A stretch of 64,000 nucleotides of DNA from Promethearchaeati archaeon. GTDB lineage: Archaea; Asgardarchaeota; Heimdallarchaeia; Heimdallarchaeales; Heimdallarchaeaceae. The position numbers were made by a program, and so were the translations under genes. The stretch's first letter is position 1; the number at the start of each line of letters is the position of its first letter. The stretch spans positions 32,001 to 96,000 of the forward strand of contig JABLTJ010000005.1 in NCBI GenBank assembly GCA_013166775.1, read 5' to 3'. Under the pieces are notes generated by a model. The model had not been told where the DNA came from. It did not search any database and worked only from the letters and a program-made list of their open reading frames with translations. Positions 54,947 through 64,000 of the stretch are shown here, in pieces.

Positions 54947-55081
54947 TCACTTAAAAAAGGCATTGTTCATTGACAATTTTACATCCAATGAAACAATTTA
55001 CTTTTATGTAAATATATATAGTTTATATAAAACAGAAACATTTTTGGATGTAACAATAAGTAAATAACATACACATCTTCC

Positions 55082-55738
55082 GTGAAAAAAATGAGTGAAT
55101 TCGTTCCGCAACCCTTAATCCAACTGTACATTGTTGATATTGTTGAAGGTAGATTAGAAAAAGAAGGCGATGAACAATATAGATGGGTTCTATTCACCAG
55201 AAATGGGGAGAAAGTTTACAAAATCAGAATCAATGGTACAGTAGTCACAAAATATTATAGCGAGGGGAATCAAGAAAAAAAAACTTACTCTAACTTCACA
55301 TTAGACGATGGGTCAGATACTATTAGAGTAAAAGCGTGGGAAGAACAAGCCGAAATTCTAAGAGGGTTTGAAATAGGAGATGAAGTAGAAGTAATGGGAA
55401 GACCAAGACAAAGCGATGATGAGATCTATCTCCTCCCAGAAGAAGTTCTAAAAATAGATGACTTCAATAAATCTTTATACTTGCGAGCAAAGAAAATAAA
55501 AAGATATGCGAAAAAGAACTATGAACTTCCAACAGAAGAGCAAACGATCAAGGCTCATGATATGGCACAAATGGAGTTAGTATGGTCAATAATTATGGAA
55601 ACTGAGGAAGGAATAGAACTTGAAGAAATAGTAACAAAATCAAAACTAGATAAAGCGATTGTAGAATCAGTTATTCAAGAATTAATTAAGAAAGGTGATA
55701 TCTACGAACCAACCTCTTTGAAATTTAGAAAAATATAA
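55082..55738 (+). CDS. RPA32-like OB-fold + winged-helix ssDNA-binding subunit
   Basis: FTLDDGSDTIRVKAW; C-terminal L..KGDIYEP. Confidence 0.82.
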   Translation: MKKMSEFVPQPLIQLYIVDIVEGRLEKEGDEQYRWVLFTRNGEKVYKIRINGTVVTKYYSEGNQEKKTYSNFTLDDGSDTIRVKAWEEQAEILRGFEIGDEVEVMGRPRQSDDEIYLLPEEVLKIDDFNKSLYLRAKKIKRYAKKNYELPTEEQTIKAHDMAQMELVWSIIMETEEGIELEEIVTKSKLDKAIVESVIQELIKKGDIYEPTSLKFRKI

Positions 55739-55748
55739 ACTAGCCTGT

Positions 55749-56138
<390 letters not shown>

Positions 56139-56204
56139 CTAATTTTTAAGTTTTATGATAAAAAGAATTGGATAATGTTTAAGAACAATGTGTATCTATA
56201 TTAA

Positions 56205-56630
<426 letters not shown>

Positions 56631-56654
56631 GCAAGATCAAAAAAATAGACTAGA

Positions 56655-57179
56655 TTGATTACAATGGTTAAAGCCATAGTATTATACAATTCTCGTGGTG
56701 GTAACACAAAGCAAGTAGCAATGAAAATTGCTGAAGGTTTAGGAGTTGAATGTAGAAACAATAAAAAGATTCCTGATTTAAAGGAATATGATTTAATTGT
56801 TGTTGGTTCCTGGGTCATAATGGGTCGAATCAGTTTTGCTGGTGCAAGATTCTTGAGAAAACTTAGACGAAAAAGTATAGAAGGTAAAAAAATTAGCTTA
56901 TTCTTTACAAGCGGTGGTCCAGATGAAATTCATCCATTCACTGAAAGGAAAGGAAATCCAAGAAAGATTAAAGAAATCATGTTTGAAACAATGGAAGAAA
57001 TCTTGAACAAGAAGAATCTGGTTACTATCCTACCTGATCGTTATTACTGCAAAGGAGCAATTAGATTGACTAAACATGGTGAAGTAAAAGACAATGTTGG
57101 TCATCCTACAGAAGAAGAATTAGCTCAAGCTAAGACATTTGGAGAGCAATTAAAAAAACAGTTTGAAACTTCTGGTTAA
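56655..57179 (+). CDS. Flavodoxin-like protein
   Basis: Y.SRGGNT..VA..IA, YDLIVVGS, HPTEEE...A..F. Confidence 0.85.
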   Translation: MITMVKAIVLYNSRGGNTKQVAMKIAEGLGVECRNNKKIPDLKEYDLIVVGSWVIMGRISFAGARFLRKLRRKSIEGKKISLFFTSGGPDEIHPFTERKGNPRKIKEIMFETMEEILNKKNLVTILPDRYYCKGAIRLTKHGEVKDNVGHPTEEELAQAKTFGEQLKKQFETSG

Positions 57180-57187
57180 CGTAAAGA

Positions 57188-57373
<186 letters not shown>

Positions 57374-57428
57374 GAATAGGATAGATTTTGTTTTTGAATG
57401 TTACTATTGGGGAGAAATGATATTCTGA

Positions 57429-57458
57429 TTTAAACTGAAATAAGTCGAAATGTTTAAA
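57429..57458. promoter_or_regulatory. Two TTTAAA TATA-like boxes, candidate divergent promoters for permuted 5S (minus) and tRNA-Ser (plus)
   Basis: TTTAAA at 57429-57434 and 57453-57458; position only. Confidence 0.45.
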
Positions 57459-57491
57459 TTTGAATTCTAGTGCAAGAAACAAGAAAATAGC

Positions 57492-57574
<83 letters not shown>

Positions 57575-57615
57575 TAGTTTTTTTCTCCACAAATCTCCAA
57601 ATTTAAAAAGACTAA

Positions 57616-61044
<3,429 letters not shown>

Positions 61045-61146
61045 TTTTACCCTAGATTTGCTTAATATCAAATTTTAAAGAAAATTGTTGCTCAACTACT
61101 CACGATAAACCTTAAGAATTACTAGTTTTGATTATCAATATCGCGA

Positions 61147-61172
61147 TTGCTATTCCCTTCTAGGGATAGCAA
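61147..61172. promoter_or_regulatory. Inverted repeat TTGCTATTCC-N6-GGGATAGCAA in the leader of the Nuo-like operon
   Basis: Seen in sequence; role as operator or 5' UTR hairpin is inferred. Confidence 0.4.
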
Positions 61173-61196
61173 GAAAGATAATAGAAACAATCCTAA

Positions 61197-63122
<1,926 letters not shown>

Positions 63123-63123
<1 letters not shown>

Positions 63124-63437
63124 TGTTTGATCAATTACATCTACTGATTCTTGGAATTATCTTGTTCTGTGTAGGATTATACGCATTACTTGGTAAAAGA
63201 AACGTGATAAAGATTCTAATGGGAATCGAAATAATGACAATAGCAGTAAATGTCGTCTTTATTGCACTCGGTGCAAACATTACAAATGGAACATTTACAC
63301 GATTTGCTCAAATCTTCCCATTGTTATCTATAGCCATAGGCGCCGCTGTTTTAGCAGTAGGTTTAGCAATAGTCATCAATAACTATCGCCATGCGAAGAG
63401 CGTGGATAGTGATGAAATGGCTACATTAAAGAGGTGA
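63123..63437 (+). CDS. nuoK: NuoK/MnhC-like subunit
   Basis: GLYALL.KRN.IK..MGIEIM, IGAA..AVGLAI. Confidence 0.82.
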
Positions 63438-63442
63438 AAAAA

Positions 63443-64000
63443 ATGGTAAACATATTAATACTATTAAGCATAGCAGTTTTAGCTCCAATCGTTGGTGCTT
63501 TTCTGTCATTGCTCTTAAAGAAATGGCCATACATAAGAGACATCTTTAGTGTTCTACCCATTGCAATTTCAGCTATAATGTCAGTTATAGTTTTTGCATC
63601 TTTCGACGGTACTGCAACCGATTATACATTTGCATGGGCAGATTGGCTATCAGGTAGTCTACAATCAGGATTCCATCTTGATGCTTTATCAGGATTGATG
63701 ATACTAATTGTTTCTATACTAAGTATGCTAATTGCGTTCTTCTCAATAGAATATATGAAAGAAGATGAAAACAAAGTAAGATATTGGTTCTTCATGCAGT
63801 TATTTGTAGGAGGAATGCTTCTACTTGTACTTGCAGCAGATATGATACTTCTATTCGCTGGTTGGGAAATTGTTGGTCTTTGTTCTTGTTTCCTCATAGG
63901 TCATTACTTTATGAAGAAAGGAGAAGAAGGAAGCAAACCTGCAAAAAGTGGAATAAAAGCTTTGATCATGACTGGTATTGGAGACGTTGGTTTCTTAGCT
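63443..64000 (+). CDS. nuoL: NuoL/MnhA-like antiporter subunit, N-terminal part (runs off window end)
   Basis: Hand translation: LDALSG, FSIEYM..D...RY...LFVGGM, GWEIVGLCSCFLIGH, KA....IGDVG. Confidence 0.88.
   Translation, partial: MVNILILLSIAVLAPIVGAFLSLLLKKWPYIRDIFSVLPIAISAIMSVIVFASFDGTATDYTFAWADWLSGSLQSGFHLDALSGLMILIVSILSMLIAFFSIEYMKEDENKVRYWFFMQLFVGGMLLLVLAADMILLFAGWEIVGLCSCFLIGHYFMKKGEEGSKPAKSGIKALIMTGIGDVGFLA

Overview
AT-rich archaeal chromosomal window, most likely from an Asgard archaeon (Heimdallarchaeia-like). This is inferred from a ribophorin I homologue, RPA32, NMD3/Rio1/aIF-1A/aIF-2beta, an intron-containing tRNA-Trp, bacterial-type gyrase and MutS, and a complex-I-like group 4 hydrogenase locus. 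From left to right: partial mutS, deoC, ribophorin I-like, MoeB/E1 and Yip1-like genes; a ~15 kb surface-glycosylation cluster with an archaeosortase and a divergent decarboxylase/branched-polyamine-synthase pair; metG; a ribosome-biogenesis/translation cluster; a region of GNATs, transporters and three pseudogenes around tRNA-Trp; gyrA/gyrB; hypE/hypF; and the start of a Nuo-like membrane operon. The standout is at ~57188-57369 on the minus strand: a complete 5S rRNA gene in circularly permuted order. The 3' half lies upstream of the 5' half, the native ends are joined by a 4-nt loop, and flanking complementary arms form bulge-helix-bulge motifs whose splicing would yield an exactly canonical 121-nt circular 5S rRNA. 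All calls are by eye from motifs; no database searches were run.
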